From the IMG/VR virus record IMGVR_UViG_2711768042_000001, positions 1-24,687 of that record: a stretch of DNA of 24,687 bases. One strand, 5' to 3'. Origin of the DNA: a virus (taxonomy: Duplodnaviria; Heunggongvirae; Uroviricota; Caudoviricetes). The notes below the pieces were generated by a model, which made no database searches, was not told where the DNA came from, and saw only the letters and a program-made list of their open reading frames with translations. Below are positions 1 to 8,471 of this stretch, one piece after another (the stretch's first letter is position 1; every line of letters starts with the position of its first letter). Made by a program: the position numbers and the translations under genes.

Positions 1-239
1 TGCCCGAGGCCGCTGGCAACTATCCGGTAACTCCGGATGGTTGGATAAGCTGTAGTGAGCGAATGCCGGAAGAAACGGGTGACATTATTGTTGTTTCGGA
101 TGGCATTGTAATGTCAGGGATTTCTTATTCTCGTCGTGACGGGTTCTATATAGCCGCATTGGAGTACGACGACGATGAGCCAATTGACGGTGTAACCCAC
201 TGGATGCCTCTACCGGAACCGCCGCAGGAGGTTAATTGA
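1..239 (+). CDS. DUF551-like protein, C-terminal fragment (5' end lies outside the window)
   Basis: Frame is open from the window edge (first full codon at 3) to TGA at 237-239. C-terminus ...DGVTHWMPLPEPPQEVN carries the W-x-PLPEPP signature typical of DUF551 proteins of lambdoid prophages. Stop overlaps the next ATG (TGATG). Confidence 0.6.
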   Translation, partial: PEAAGNYPVTPDGWISCSERMPEETGDIIVVSDGIVMSGISYSRRDGFYIAALEYDDDEPIDGVTHWMPLPEPPQEVN

Positions 240-523
240 TGGTCTCCTTCGCGAAATATACGATTATTGACTGGATAGCATTCATTCAGGTTTTGCTCAT
301 CTGGTTTTATATGGCTTACAGGAGTGGACAGTGGATTGTCAGTGTAGCCTGTAGCAAGGGATGGCGTTGGTGGAACCGGAAGAATAAAAAAGCGCTGGCC
401 TTGGATTCGTTTTACGAAGCATTCAATCTTAACAGCCTTAAGCCTGGTTCTGTCGTTGTAGTCACCACTCAAAGCGGCATGACGATACAAATTCACAAGC
501 CAAAGGAGGAAGGTCGTGGCTAA
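239..523 (+). CDS. hypothetical small protein with hydrophobic N-terminal segment
   Basis: ATG at 239 overlaps the upstream stop (translational coupling); 94 codons; hydrophobic stretch IIDWIAFIQVLLIWFYMAY; same strand and tight spacing with flanking genes. Antisense ORF 146..562 lacks this context. Confidence 0.45.
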   Translation: MVSFAKYTIIDWIAFIQVLLIWFYMAYRSGQWIVSVACSKGWRWWNRKNKKALALDSFYEAFNLNSLKPGSVVVVTTQSGMTIQIHKPKEEGRG

Positions 524-797
524 CCTGCAACTTGCCGTCAAAGGTGAATACTTCGATGCCATGATTCGCGGAGAGAAAACGGAAGAGTATCGCCTGTGTA
601 ATAACTACTGGAATAAGCGCCTCGTTAACCGTAAGTATGACCGCCTGATTATCACAAAGGGATATCCGAAGCGTGACGATTCCAGTCGCAGAATAGACGT
701 CCCGTATGAAGGGTATGAAATCAAGACAATCACACATCCGCACTTCGGAGATAAACCGGTAAAGGTGTTCGCGATAAAGGTGAATATTGATGGCTAA
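516..797 (+). CDS. ASCH-domain (PUA-like fold) protein
   Basis: GTG start at 516 preceded by AAGGAGGAAGG (503-513). Protein contains GEKTEEYR, matching the ASCH GxKxxExR signature. 8-nt overlap with upstream gene. Confidence 0.6.
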   Translation: MANLQLAVKGEYFDAMIRGEKTEEYRLCNNYWNKRLVNRKYDRLIITKGYPKRDDSSRRIDVPYEGYEIKTITHPHFGDKPVKVFAIKVNIDG

Positions 798-1128
798 ATC
801 AGCAGCAGAGCGCAAAGCCGCTCAGAGAGCCAGACAAGCTGCATCTGGTGTGCGTAAGCTGGAAATTGTGCTTGATGCTCAGGAAATTGAAATGCTGGAG
901 CGTAACTGTGCCACGCGTCGCCCCGGGCGTGCGCCTTACGAATTTGGTGAGTATATAGCGTTACTGATCCGCCAGGATGATGCACGCGTGCACGGGCGTA
1001 TAAAATCGATCAGCAGAAAACGTTGCGGTAAGTGCGGCGAGAGAGTTCCTGTGAATTCATGCCCGTGTGATGGTGACTCGCAATGCTGGGTGACTAAAGG
1101 CTGGCATGAAACGAAATTAATAGTGTGA
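790..1128 (+). CDS. hypothetical protein with C-terminal Cys-rich zinc-ribbon-like motif
   Basis: ATG at 790 (track start 787 is TTG) directly follows the previous stop; C-terminus CGKCGERVPVNSCPCDGDSQC. The stop TGA lies inside the palindrome GTGACATGTCAC. Confidence 0.5.
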   Translation: MAKSAAERKAAQRARQAASGVRKLEIVLDAQEIEMLERNCATRRPGRAPYEFGEYIALLIRQDDARVHGRIKSISRKRCGKCGERVPVNSCPCDGDSQCWVTKGWHETKLIV

Positions 1129-1136
1129 CATGTCAC
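1125..1136. repeat. 12-bp perfect palindrome GTGACATGTCAC, copy 1 of 3
   Basis: Exact string read in the sequence; identical copies at 3390-3401 and 21581-21592, all at gene-module junctions. Confidence 0.9.
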
Positions 1137-1168
1137 GAGTAGATTATGCATGATGAATTTGATGGGGT

Positions 1169-1843
1169 TTGAATACTGCCGCCAACTATGGCGGCTTTAT
1201 TTTGCATGATACTATTACCACAACGGTAACTATTACCACGGTGGTTATGATGCCTGCTGAACCTAAAGCCTATAAACGCAAATCAACGCAATTTAAGCCA
1301 CTAACAGCAATGCAGGAGGCTTATTGCCAGTCATACATCAAAACGCCTGAAAACCAGACTCAGGCAGCGATTAATGCAGGATTCTCCCCAAATACAGCGG
1401 CAGTTAAAGCCAGTGTCATGATGCGCGATGAACGCATTCAAAAACGGATTGCCGAGTTGATGGAGGAGCGCAACAAACGAATGCGCGTCAGTGCTGATTA
1501 CGTTCTCATGCGCCTGGTGGAGATCGACCAGATGGACGTGATCGACATCCTCAACGACGATGGGAGCCTTAAGCCAATCCGCGAGTGGCCGAAAATCTGG
1601 CGCACTACGCTTAGCGGCTTTGATCTGTCATCGACCATCATGAACATGAACGAGGATTCGATAGAGACAATCCTCAAAAAAATTAAATGGCCTGACAAGG
1701 TGAAGAACCTCGAACTGATTGGTAAGCACGTCGACGTCAACGCATTCAAAGAACGCCTGGATGTTAATGTGAATGTGACAATTGCTGATCGCATAGCAGC
1801 AGCCAGGAAGCGACTCAAAGAACGTCAGGATGGTAATCAGTGA
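1169..1843 (+). CDS. terminase small subunit (Terminase_2/P27-like)
   Basis: Sits immediately upstream of the large terminase with overlapping stop/start; region AMQEAYCQSYIKTPENQTQAAINAGFSPNTAAVKASVMMRDERIQKRIAEL resembles small-terminase DNA-binding domains. True start may be ATG 1247 (MMPAEPK). Confidence 0.6.
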   Translation: MNTAANYGGFILHDTITTTVTITTVVMMPAEPKAYKRKSTQFKPLTAMQEAYCQSYIKTPENQTQAAINAGFSPNTAAVKASVMMRDERIQKRIAELMEERNKRMRVSADYVLMRLVEIDQMDVIDILNDDGSLKPIREWPKIWRTTLSGFDLSSTIMNMNEDSIETILKKIKWPDKVKNLELIGKHVDVNAFKERLDVNVNVTIADRIAAARKRLKERQDGNQ

Positions 1844-3315
1844 CAGATACAGTGTTATCTCCTGAAGAGCAGTTGATCGAGGATATTGCAGGGTTTACTC
1901 ACGATCCGCTTGGTTATGCCCTCTATGCGTTCCCGTGGGGGGAAGAGGGGACTGAACTGGCACATGCTACTGGCCCACGTCAGTGGCAGGCTGATGCGTT
2001 CCGAGAGATACGTGATCACCTGCAGAATCCAGAGACGCGCTATCAGCCGCTTATGCTGGCACGCGCTTCTGGTCACGGTATTGGTAAATCCGCATTCATC
2101 TCAATGCTGATCAACTGGGGCATGTCCACTTGCGAGGATTGTAAGGTCGTGGTGACCGCCAACACCGACAACCAGCTACGAACGAAGACCTGGCCGGAAA
2201 TTATCAAGTGGTCGAACCTTGCTATCACGAAAGACTGGTTTACCTGTACCGCTACCGCGATGTACAGCAATGATCCTGGACACGACAAGCGGTGGCGAGC
2301 TGACGCAATCCCCTGGTCTGAGCACAACACTGAGGCATTCGCCGGACTACACAACGAGCGCAAACGCATCATCGTGGTGTTTGATGAAGCGTCGAACATT
2401 GCGGATCTGGTGTGGGAAGTTGCCGAAGGTGCGCTAACGGACGAAGACACTGAGATTATCTGGGTGGCGTTCGGAAACCCGACGCGTAATACCGGACGTT
2501 TCCGTGAATGTTTCCGCAAGTATAAACACCGCTGGAAAACTGCGCAGATTGACAGTCGGACGGTGGAAGGTACCAACAAACAGCAGTTGCAGAAATGGGT
2601 TGATGACTACGGGGAAGACAGCGACTTCGTTAAAATCCGTGTGCGTGGCATATTCCCTGATGCATCTGAATTGCAGTTTATCCCTACCGGTCTTACTGAC
2701 GAGGCAATGAAACGGGTGGTAACCGCTGCGCAGGTTGCACATGCTCCGGTGATAATCGGCGTTGACCCGGCATACTCCGGCGTTGATGACGCTGTGATAT
2801 ACCTGCGGCAGGGGCTACACAGTAAGGTGCTGTGGACTGGCAACAAGACTACCGACGATCTGATTATGGCGAAGCGTATCGCTGACTTTGAAGACCAGTA
2901 TCAGGCTGACGCGGTGTTCATCGACTTCGGTTACGGAACCGGTTTGAAGTCAATCGGTGACGGCTGGGGTCGTACATGGCAACTTGTTCCGTTCGGTGGC
3001 GCGTCTACTGACCCGCAGATGCTTAACAAGCGTGGGGAGATGTTCAACTCATGCAAGACATGGCTGAGGCTCGGCGGCATGCTGGATGACCGGGAAACAG
3101 CGGACGACCTGTCGACGGCAGAGTACAAAGTTCGCGTGGACGGTAAAATCGTTATCGAACCGAAGGAAGATATCAAAGAGCGACTTGGGCGTTCGCCGGG
3201 GAAAGGCGATGCGCTATTGCTGACGTTTGCTTTCCCGGTCTCGAAACGCATAAATATACCAGGACAGCAGAACCAGCAAGGCAAGGCCATCACAGATTAC
3301 GATCCCTATGCTTAA
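1840..3315 (+). CDS. terminase large subunit
   Basis: GTG start at 1840 overlaps terS stop (GTGA). 491 aa with P-loop-like ASGHGIGKSAF and Walker B-like IIVVFDEASNI; size and position typical of TerL. Confidence 0.85.
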   Translation: MTDTVLSPEEQLIEDIAGFTHDPLGYALYAFPWGEEGTELAHATGPRQWQADAFREIRDHLQNPETRYQPLMLARASGHGIGKSAFISMLINWGMSTCEDCKVVVTANTDNQLRTKTWPEIIKWSNLAITKDWFTCTATAMYSNDPGHDKRWRADAIPWSEHNTEAFAGLHNERKRIIVVFDEASNIADLVWEVAEGALTDEDTEIIWVAFGNPTRNTGRFRECFRKYKHRWKTAQIDSRTVEGTNKQQLQKWVDDYGEDSDFVKIRVRGIFPDASELQFIPTGLTDEAMKRVVTAAQVAHAPVIIGVDPAYSGVDDAVIYLRQGLHSKVLWTGNKTTDDLIMAKRIADFEDQYQADAVFIDFGYGTGLKSIGDGWGRTWQLVPFGGASTDPQMLNKRGEMFNSCKTWLRLGGMLDDRETADDLSTAEYKVRVDGKIVIEPKEDIKERLGRSPGKGDALLLTFAFPVSKRINIPGQQNQQGKAITDYDPYA

Positions 3316-3351
3316 TCCGCTAGTGGGGATAATGTCGTTGATATCCTCTGA

Positions 3352-3385
3352 TGAGGATAAAACAAAGCCAGCTCATCGGCTGGCT
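3352..3385 (-). terminator. intrinsic terminator for the minus-strand moron (hairpin AGCCAGC/GCTGGCT plus T-run on minus strand)
   Basis: 7-bp stem at 3366-3372/3379-3385 with 6-nt loop; minus-strand reading continues TTTGTTTTAT. Only a weak T-run on the plus side. Confidence 0.5.
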
Positions 3386-3389
3386 GTTT

Positions 3390-3401
3390 GTGACATGTCA
3401 C
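3390..3401. repeat. 12-bp perfect palindrome GTGACATGTCAC, copy 2 of 3
   Basis: Exact string between the terL stop region and the moron stop. Confidence 0.9.
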
Positions 3402-3405
3402 GGTG

Positions 3406-3825
3406 TTACTTAATGGCATCAAATCCAGCGTTGATGGCTTCCACAATATTGATGGCACTTGTTTTATCGAAGTGCCCATTCTGAATAAGCGCCGCATGCA
3501 GGCATTGTAACTTCATGTTGTATAAGTGTTCGCTCATGTAATCATTATCACTTTTTGCTTTAGCGTAAACAGCGCGAGAAATATCAAACACATCGCCTTT
3601 TTCCATTTCAGAACGTTGTGCTGTTATCCAGTCATGGAATGTAACGCTAGTACCATGGTCTTCGCTAAGAGTTAACCCGGCCAGTCCCTCACTCTGAATT
3701 ACTTCGTAATGCATTTCATTACCAGCAAAAACGCCATAAAAAACGCAGTCTTCAGCCTGAACGATACGAGAATATTTTAATGGCCATTCATTTAGATACT
3801 TAGCCAACATATCAATTGTTTTCAT
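3406..3825 (-). CDS. moron: hypothetical acidic cytoplasmic protein (139 aa)
   Basis: Only credible ORF on the minus strand here; ATG at 3825 preceded on the minus strand by AAGGTGAGA; bracketed by hairpin/T-run elements on both sides; opposite orientation to the structural genes. Confidence 0.6.
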   Translation of the reverse strand: MKTIDMLAKYLNEWPLKYSRIVQAEDCVFYGVFAGNEMHYEVIQSEGLAGLTLSEDHGTSVTFHDWITAQRSEMEKGDVFDISRAVYAKAKSDNDYMSEHLYNMKLQCLHAALIQNGHFDKTSAINIVEAINAGFDAIK

Positions 3826-3834
3826 GATCTCACC

Positions 3835-3860
3835 TTAAAAAAATGCCCGGCGACCCGGGC
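3835..3860 (-). terminator. terminator-like hairpin (GCCCGG-GTCG-CCGGGC followed by TTTTTTT on minus strand) just upstream of the moron RBS
   Basis: Plus-strand 3845-3860 GCCCGGCGACCCGGGC preceded by AAAAAAA; on the minus strand this is a GC stem followed by a U-run, lying between the tRNA and the moron. Confidence 0.5.
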
Positions 3861-4023
3861 GAACTGGAAGCAATGAGTTATGCCTTCCGTGGCTGTACTG
3901 GTTTACAGCATGAAGTCATCGCAATGGCGTCCTGCTGTAAAAAGGGCGGTAATAGTCCTTCAAGGGAAACTATCACCGCCAAGCACCTGGAACTTCTGGC
4001 ATCACGGTCCTTAGGCGTGATTC

Positions 4024-4100
4024 TGGCGTGGCATGCAGGATTCGAACCTGCGACCAACCGCTTAGAAGGCGGTTGCTCTGTCCAACTGAGCTAATGCCAC
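4024..4100 (-). tRNA. tRNA-Arg (anticodon UCU, decodes AGA), phage-encoded
   Basis: Reverse complement folds as a canonical cloverleaf: acceptor GTGGCAT/ATGCCAC, D-arm GCTC-AGTTGGACA-GAGC, anticodon arm ACCGC-CTTCTAA-GCGGT (anticodon TCT), T-arm GCAGG-TTCGAATC-CTGC, discriminator G and encoded CCA. Differs from E. coli argU as I recall it (from memory, not a comparison). Confidence 0.9.
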
Positions 4101-4422
4101 AACGCTGAGAGCACTTAGCCTGTTAAGGCGCCACACTTTGTCGCGGCTCCATAAATGCTCTCATCGTTGTACCCTCGTCTCTTCCGAGGCGTCACACCGA
4201 ATCGCCGGGATGGTGAATCCCCGTGCGCGGAATAAAACCGCTCGACTTGCACATTCCGGCTACCTGGTTCGTTTGCCCGAGCAAGGGAGGGTGCCCCTTA
4301 AACGTATCCAGACCGCTATCGGCGCATGTGCCATACGCCGTACTGCTCAAAATAAAAGCTCACTCCACCTGTTCAATTTAACGACAAGCCAGTCAGGTTA
4401 ATAACCGGAATGAACCATTTTC

Positions 4423-4437
4423 TTACCTGAAAGGTAA
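4423..4437. promoter_or_regulatory. palindromic motif TTACC-TGAAA-GGTAA (candidate operator), site 1 of 6
   Basis: Exact string; same motif class recurs at 20015, 20601, 22348 (imperfect), 23388, 23768, always intergenic. Confidence 0.4.
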
Positions 4438-4527
4438 TAATTAGTGCGTTAAATGTCAACTATCTACGATAAATAAATCATATGTGGTTAAATTGGTAAT
4501 AATTTAATTTCGTACGGAGTCATTGAT

Positions 4528-4734
4528 ATGTGCATGGGTAGCTCACCGTCAGTGCCTGCAACACCAGAAGTTCAGGCAGCACCACAGGAGCAGGATGCCG
4601 CCGTTGTTGATGCCCGCGACGAAGAAACTCGTCGCCGTCGCGCTGCTGCTGGTCGTAGTTCTACGCTGCTTACCGGTTCTCAGGGTGACACATCAACCGC
4701 TAATACCAGCGGTAAAACGCTGCTTGGTCAGTAA
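4528..4734 (+). CDS. hypothetical small protein (68 aa), low-complexity Ala/Thr/Ser/Gln-rich
   Basis: Start context CGGAGTCATTGATATG is nearly identical to the portal start context CGGAGTCATTGAAATG 220 nt downstream; sits directly upstream of the portal on the same strand. Confidence 0.4.
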   Translation: MCMGSSPSVPATPEVQAAPQEQDAAVVDARDEETRRRRAAAGRSSTLLTGSQGDTSTANTSGKTLLGQ

Positions 4735-4748
4735 CCGGAGTCATTGAA

Positions 4749-6428
4749 ATGGCGGAAACAACTAAAGAGCGATTGAACAAACAGTTCGCACAACTTGAAA
4801 GCGAGCGTCAGTCGTTCGAGCCGCACTGGCGCGAGTTGAGTGATTACATCAACCCGCGTGGTTCCCGCTTTCTGACTTCTGAGGTTAACCGTAACGATCG
4901 ACGCAATACACGCATTATTGATTCGACCGGGACTATGGCGGCGCGCACTCTTGCCAGCGGCATGATGTCAGGCATAACAAGCCCCGCCCGTCCGTGGTTT
5001 CGCCTGGCTACGCCAGATCCTGAAATGATGGACTATGGCCCTGTTAAGTTGTGGCTTGAGGCAGTTCAGAACCGCATGAACGATATGTTCAATAAGTCGA
5101 ATCTCTACCAGTCTCTTCCGCAGTTATACGGAAGCCTCGGCACATACAGCACTGGTGCAATGGCGGTGCTGGAGGATGACGAGGACATCATTCGCACAAT
5201 GCCATTCCCGATAGGCAGTTACTACCTGGCTAACTCACCTCGTGGCAGTGTGGACACCTGTTTTCGCAAGTTCTCTATGACTGTTCGTCAGCTTGTTCAG
5301 GAGTTCGGGCTAAATAACGTCAGCGAATCCGTAAAAAGCATGTGGGAAAGCGGCACCTACGAGAAGTGGATTGAAGTGATGCATTCGGTTTACCCGAACA
5401 TTGACCGCGATACATCGAAGCTGGATAGCAAGAACAAGCCATTCAAATCGGTTTATTACGAGGTTGGTGGCGATAACGACAAGTTGTTGCGTGAGTCCGG
5501 ATTCGATGAGTTTCCAATTATGGCTCCGCGCTGGGAAGTTAACGGCGAAGATGTTTATGGATCATCATGCCCGGGTATGCTGGCGCTTGGACCTGTTAAG
5601 GCATTGCAGCTTCTCCAGAAGCGCAAGTCGCAGTTGATTGATAAAGCCACCAATCCGCCGATGATTGCTCCGACTTCCCTCAAGAATCAGCGCGCCTCCC
5701 TTCTTCCTGGCGACATCACGTATATCGATCAGATTACTGGTCAGGATGGTTTCAGGCCTGCTTATCTGGTTAACCCCAGTACAGCAGATCTGGTGGCAGA
5801 CATTCAGGACACTCGTCAAATCATTAACAGTGCCTACTTTGTCGATCTGTTCATGATGTTGCAGAACATCAATACCCGTTCGATGCCTGTTGAAGCGGTG
5901 ATCGAAATGAAAGAAGAAAAACTTCTGATGTTGGGGCCGGTTCTGGAGCGTCTGAACGACGAATGTCTTAATCCTCTCATTGACCGCGCTTTCTCGATGA
6001 TGGTGCGTAAAAACATGCTGCCGCCCCCGCCTGACGCGATGGAAGGTATGCCCCTGAAGGTCGAATACATTTCCGTCATGGCTCAGGCGCAGAAGTCTAT
6101 CGGCCTGTCCAGTCTGGCGTCCACGGTTAACTTCATTGGTCAACTTGCGCAAGCGAAACCAGAAGCTCTCGACAAACTCAACGTTGATCAGGCAATCGAT
6201 GCATTCGCTGATATGTCCGGAGTGTCTCCAACCGTCATTGTTCCGCAGGAACAGGTTGAGCAGGCTCGCCAGCAACGGGCACAGCAGCAACAGCAGCAAC
6301 AAATGATGGCGATGGGGATGGCGGCGGCACAGGGTGCCAAGACGCTAAGCGAAGCTAAAACTTCGGATCCGAGTGTTTTGTCAGCTATGGCGAATGCAGT
6401 TAGTGGTCAGGGTGGGCAATCACAATGA
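4749..6428 (+). CDS. portal (head-to-tail connector) protein, T7 gp8-like
   Basis: 559 aa, follows terminase; Gln/Ala/Met-rich C-terminus (QQRAQQQQQQQMMAMGMAAAQGAKT...) resembles the characteristic C-terminus of T7-type connector proteins; RBS GGAG upstream. Confidence 0.8.
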   Translation: MAETTKERLNKQFAQLESERQSFEPHWRELSDYINPRGSRFLTSEVNRNDRRNTRIIDSTGTMAARTLASGMMSGITSPARPWFRLATPDPEMMDYGPVKLWLEAVQNRMNDMFNKSNLYQSLPQLYGSLGTYSTGAMAVLEDDEDIIRTMPFPIGSYYLANSPRGSVDTCFRKFSMTVRQLVQEFGLNNVSESVKSMWESGTYEKWIEVMHSVYPNIDRDTSKLDSKNKPFKSVYYEVGGDNDKLLRESGFDEFPIMAPRWEVNGEDVYGSSCPGMLALGPVKALQLLQKRKSQLIDKATNPPMIAPTSLKNQRASLLPGDITYIDQITGQDGFRPAYLVNPSTADLVADIQDTRQIINSAYFVDLFMMLQNINTRSMPVEAVIEMKEEKLLMLGPVLERLNDECLNPLIDRAFSMMVRKNMLPPPPDAMEGMPLKVEYISVMAQAQKSIGLSSLASTVNFIGQLAQAKPEALDKLNVDQAIDAFADMSGVSPTVIVPQEQVEQARQQRAQQQQQQQMMAMGMAAAQGAKTLSEAKTSDPSVLSAMANAVSGQGGQSQ

Positions 6429-6721
6429 CAGATTACGAAGACGATCAACTGAAAGAAGAAAACGCCCGTAAGCAACGTGACATGGCACAGCGTGAAATTG
6501 ATGACATTCGCTTTGTCATGAGCAGTGAACAGGGGCGTCGCGTTGTCTGGTCGGTGCTGGAGAAAGGCCGTGTGTTTTCTGCTATCTCACCGATGGACGC
6601 TATGGCTATGGCATTTAATGAGGGGCAACGCAATCTGGCGCTGGAACTGTTTCAGCGCGTTATGGCGCATTGCCCTGAACAGTATTTGAAGATGGCCAAA
6701 GAGGCCAGTGAACAGGAGTGA
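6425..6721 (+). CDS. hypothetical protein (98 aa) between portal and scaffold
   Basis: ATG 6425 overlaps the portal stop (ATGA); stop overlaps the region just before the next start. Confidence 0.5.
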   Translation: MTDYEDDQLKEENARKQRDMAQREIDDIRFVMSSEQGRRVVWSVLEKGRVFSAISPMDAMAMAFNEGQRNLALELFQRVMAHCPEQYLKMAKEASEQE

Positions 6722-6723
6722 TC

Positions 6724-7419
6724 ATGAATTTATTTGAGCGTTTGCTGTATCGCCGTCTTTGCAATGAGCAACCAGTCGATGGTGGAGCAGCTCCGGCTGC
6801 GTCAGAACCGTCAGCGCCTGCAGGTGATAACCCTGCTCCAGTTGGTGATCCATCACAATCGGAAGGTGATAAGCCACAACCTGTTGCTGATGGCGATAAA
6901 CCTGCTGATGACAAAAAGCCTGAAAACGATAAGCAGGATGAAAAAAAGGACGGCGATAAACCAGAGGGTGCGCCTGAGAAGTACGAGTTTCAGGCTGCCG
7001 AAGGCGTAGAGCTGGATACAGAAGCGTTGAAGGAATTCGAGCCTGTGGCGCGAGAACTTAACCTGACCAACGAGCAAGCGCAAAAGCTGGTTGATGCTTA
7101 TCCGAAGATTCTGGCAGGTGTTCAGCAGCGCCAGGCAGAAGCCTGGCAGAAAACAACCGAGCAGTGGGCTGCGGATGTAAAAGCTGACAAAGAAATCGGT
7201 GGCGACAAGTTGATTTCTAACCTTAGCGCCGCACAGCGTGCGCTTGACCAGTTCGGGACACCTGAGCTCAAAGAATATCTGAACACCACCGGGCTGGGTA
7301 ATCACCCTGATCTGGTCAAAACGTTCGTGAAAATCGGAAAGGCGATGTCTGAAGATGGCATGGTCACCGGTGGTAATGAAGGCCAGCGTAGTGCGGCCGA
7401 AGTGCTCTATGGCAAATAA
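6724..7419 (+). CDS. putative scaffolding protein (acidic, Pro/Asp/Lys-rich N-terminal low-complexity region)
   Basis: Position between portal and major capsid; ATG 6724 with AGGAG 8 nt upstream (track ORF starts at GTG 6718); helical acidic composition typical of scaffolds. Confidence 0.55.
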   Translation: MNLFERLLYRRLCNEQPVDGGAAPAASEPSAPAGDNPAPVGDPSQSEGDKPQPVADGDKPADDKKPENDKQDEKKDGDKPEGAPEKYEFQAAEGVELDTEALKEFEPVARELNLTNEQAQKLVDAYPKILAGVQQRQAEAWQKTTEQWAADVKADKEIGGDKLISNLSAAQRALDQFGTPELKEYLNTTGLGNHPDLVKTFVKIGKAMSEDGMVTGGNEGQRSAAEVLYGK

Positions 7420-7433
7420 GAGAGGAAATGACA

Positions 7434-8420
7434 ATGGCTGTTAAAGGCTTAACTGCGCTAACGCTGGCTGACTGGGGTAAGCGCGTCGATCCAAACGGGA
7501 AAGTCGATAAGATTATCGAGCTTCTCGGTCAAACTAACCCGATCCTTCAGGATATGCCTTTTGTCGAAGGGAACCTTCCTACCGGACACCGAACCACCAT
7601 TCGTTCTGGTTTACCTTCAGCTACCTGGCGTTTGCTGAACTATGGCGTACAGCCAAGCAAATCAACCACAGTGCAGGTAACCGATTCCGTTGGCATGCTG
7701 GAAACCTATGCGGAAGTCGATAAGTCACTGGCTGATCTGAACGGCAATACCGCCGAATTCCGCCTTTCTGAAGACCGCGCATTTATTGAAGCGATGAATC
7801 AGCAGATGGCGCAGACGCTGTTTTATGGTGATTCCAGCGTTAATCCTCAGCAGTTTATGGGACTGTCCTCCCGCTATTCCAGCCTGTCTGCGGGTAATGC
7901 TCAGAACATCATTGATGCTGGTGGCACGGGTACAGATAACACCTCAATCTGGTTAGTGGTGTGGGGCGAAAACACCGTGCATGGCATCTTCCCGAAAGGG
8001 CAGAAGGCTGGCATCCAGATGGAAGATAAAGGCCAGGTGACACTGGAAGATGCTAATGGCGGCAAGTACGAAGGCTATCGCACCCATTACAAATGGGATA
8101 ACGGACTTGCTCTGCGTGACTGGCGTTATGTTGTTCGCATTGCAAACATCGATGTCAGCAATCTTTCAGAACCATCCTCTGCCGCAAATATTGCGAAGTT
8201 GATGGTTAAAGCACTACATCGCATTCCAAACCGTGGCATGGGCCGCCCGGTGTTCTACATGAACCGCACTGTAGGCCAGGCTCTTGATCTGCAGTCTCTG
8301 GAGAAAACATCTCTGGCTATCAGCGTAAAAGAGACAGAAGGCGAGTGGTGGACTTCATTCCGTGGTGTACCAATCCGTGAAACTGATGCGCTTCTGGAAA
8401 CAGAAGCCCGCGTGGTGTAA
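7434..8420 (+). CDS. major capsid protein
   Basis: About 329 aa directly after the scaffold gene; ATG 7434 with AGAGGA 7 nt upstream (7428 alternative); followed by small genes and a strong terminator. Confidence 0.65.
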   Translation: MAVKGLTALTLADWGKRVDPNGKVDKIIELLGQTNPILQDMPFVEGNLPTGHRTTIRSGLPSATWRLLNYGVQPSKSTTVQVTDSVGMLETYAEVDKSLADLNGNTAEFRLSEDRAFIEAMNQQMAQTLFYGDSSVNPQQFMGLSSRYSSLSAGNAQNIIDAGGTGTDNTSIWLVVWGENTVHGIFPKGQKAGIQMEDKGQVTLEDANGGKYEGYRTHYKWDNGLALRDWRYVVRIANIDVSNLSEPSSAANIAKLMVKALHRIPNRGMGRPVFYMNRTVGQALDLQSLEKTSLAISVKETEGEWWTSFRGVPIRETDALLETEARVV

Positions 8421-8471
8421 CGCCTGTTATTAACCTGTGGGTCGTAACAGACCCACTAATGGAGAAAGAAG

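Noticed and set aside
146-815. Minus-strand ORFs 146..562 and 462..815
   Set aside because: They lie antisense to three tightly coupled + strand genes with recognisable domains (DUF551, ASCH) and have no SD; treated as shadow ORFs.
1125-1136. GTGACATGTCAC as a CRP site
   Set aside because: CRP needs TGTGA-N6-TCACA; here the half-sites are separated by only 2 bp, so the geometry is wrong.
3843-4401. Plus-strand ORFs 3843..4094 and 4138..4401
   Set aside because: The first overlaps the tRNA-Arg gene and the terminator hairpin; the second starts at TTG without an SD and has an Arg/Ser-rich composition typical of GC-rich noncoding sequence.
5565-6302. Long antisense ORF (245 aa) inside the portal gene, and similar antisense ORFs at 6853..7434, 9973..10677, 18440..18802, 19064..19390
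   Set aside because: All are embedded opposite well-supported structural genes, lack RBSs and have skewed composition (Leu/Arg/Ser-rich); no independent support.
6280-6310. Poly-Gln tract (QQQQQQQ) near the portal C-terminus as a slippage-prone repeat
   Set aside because: It is encoded by mixed CAG/CAA codons rather than a pure homopolymeric or trinucleotide run, and Gln/Ala-rich tails are normal for T7-type connectors.
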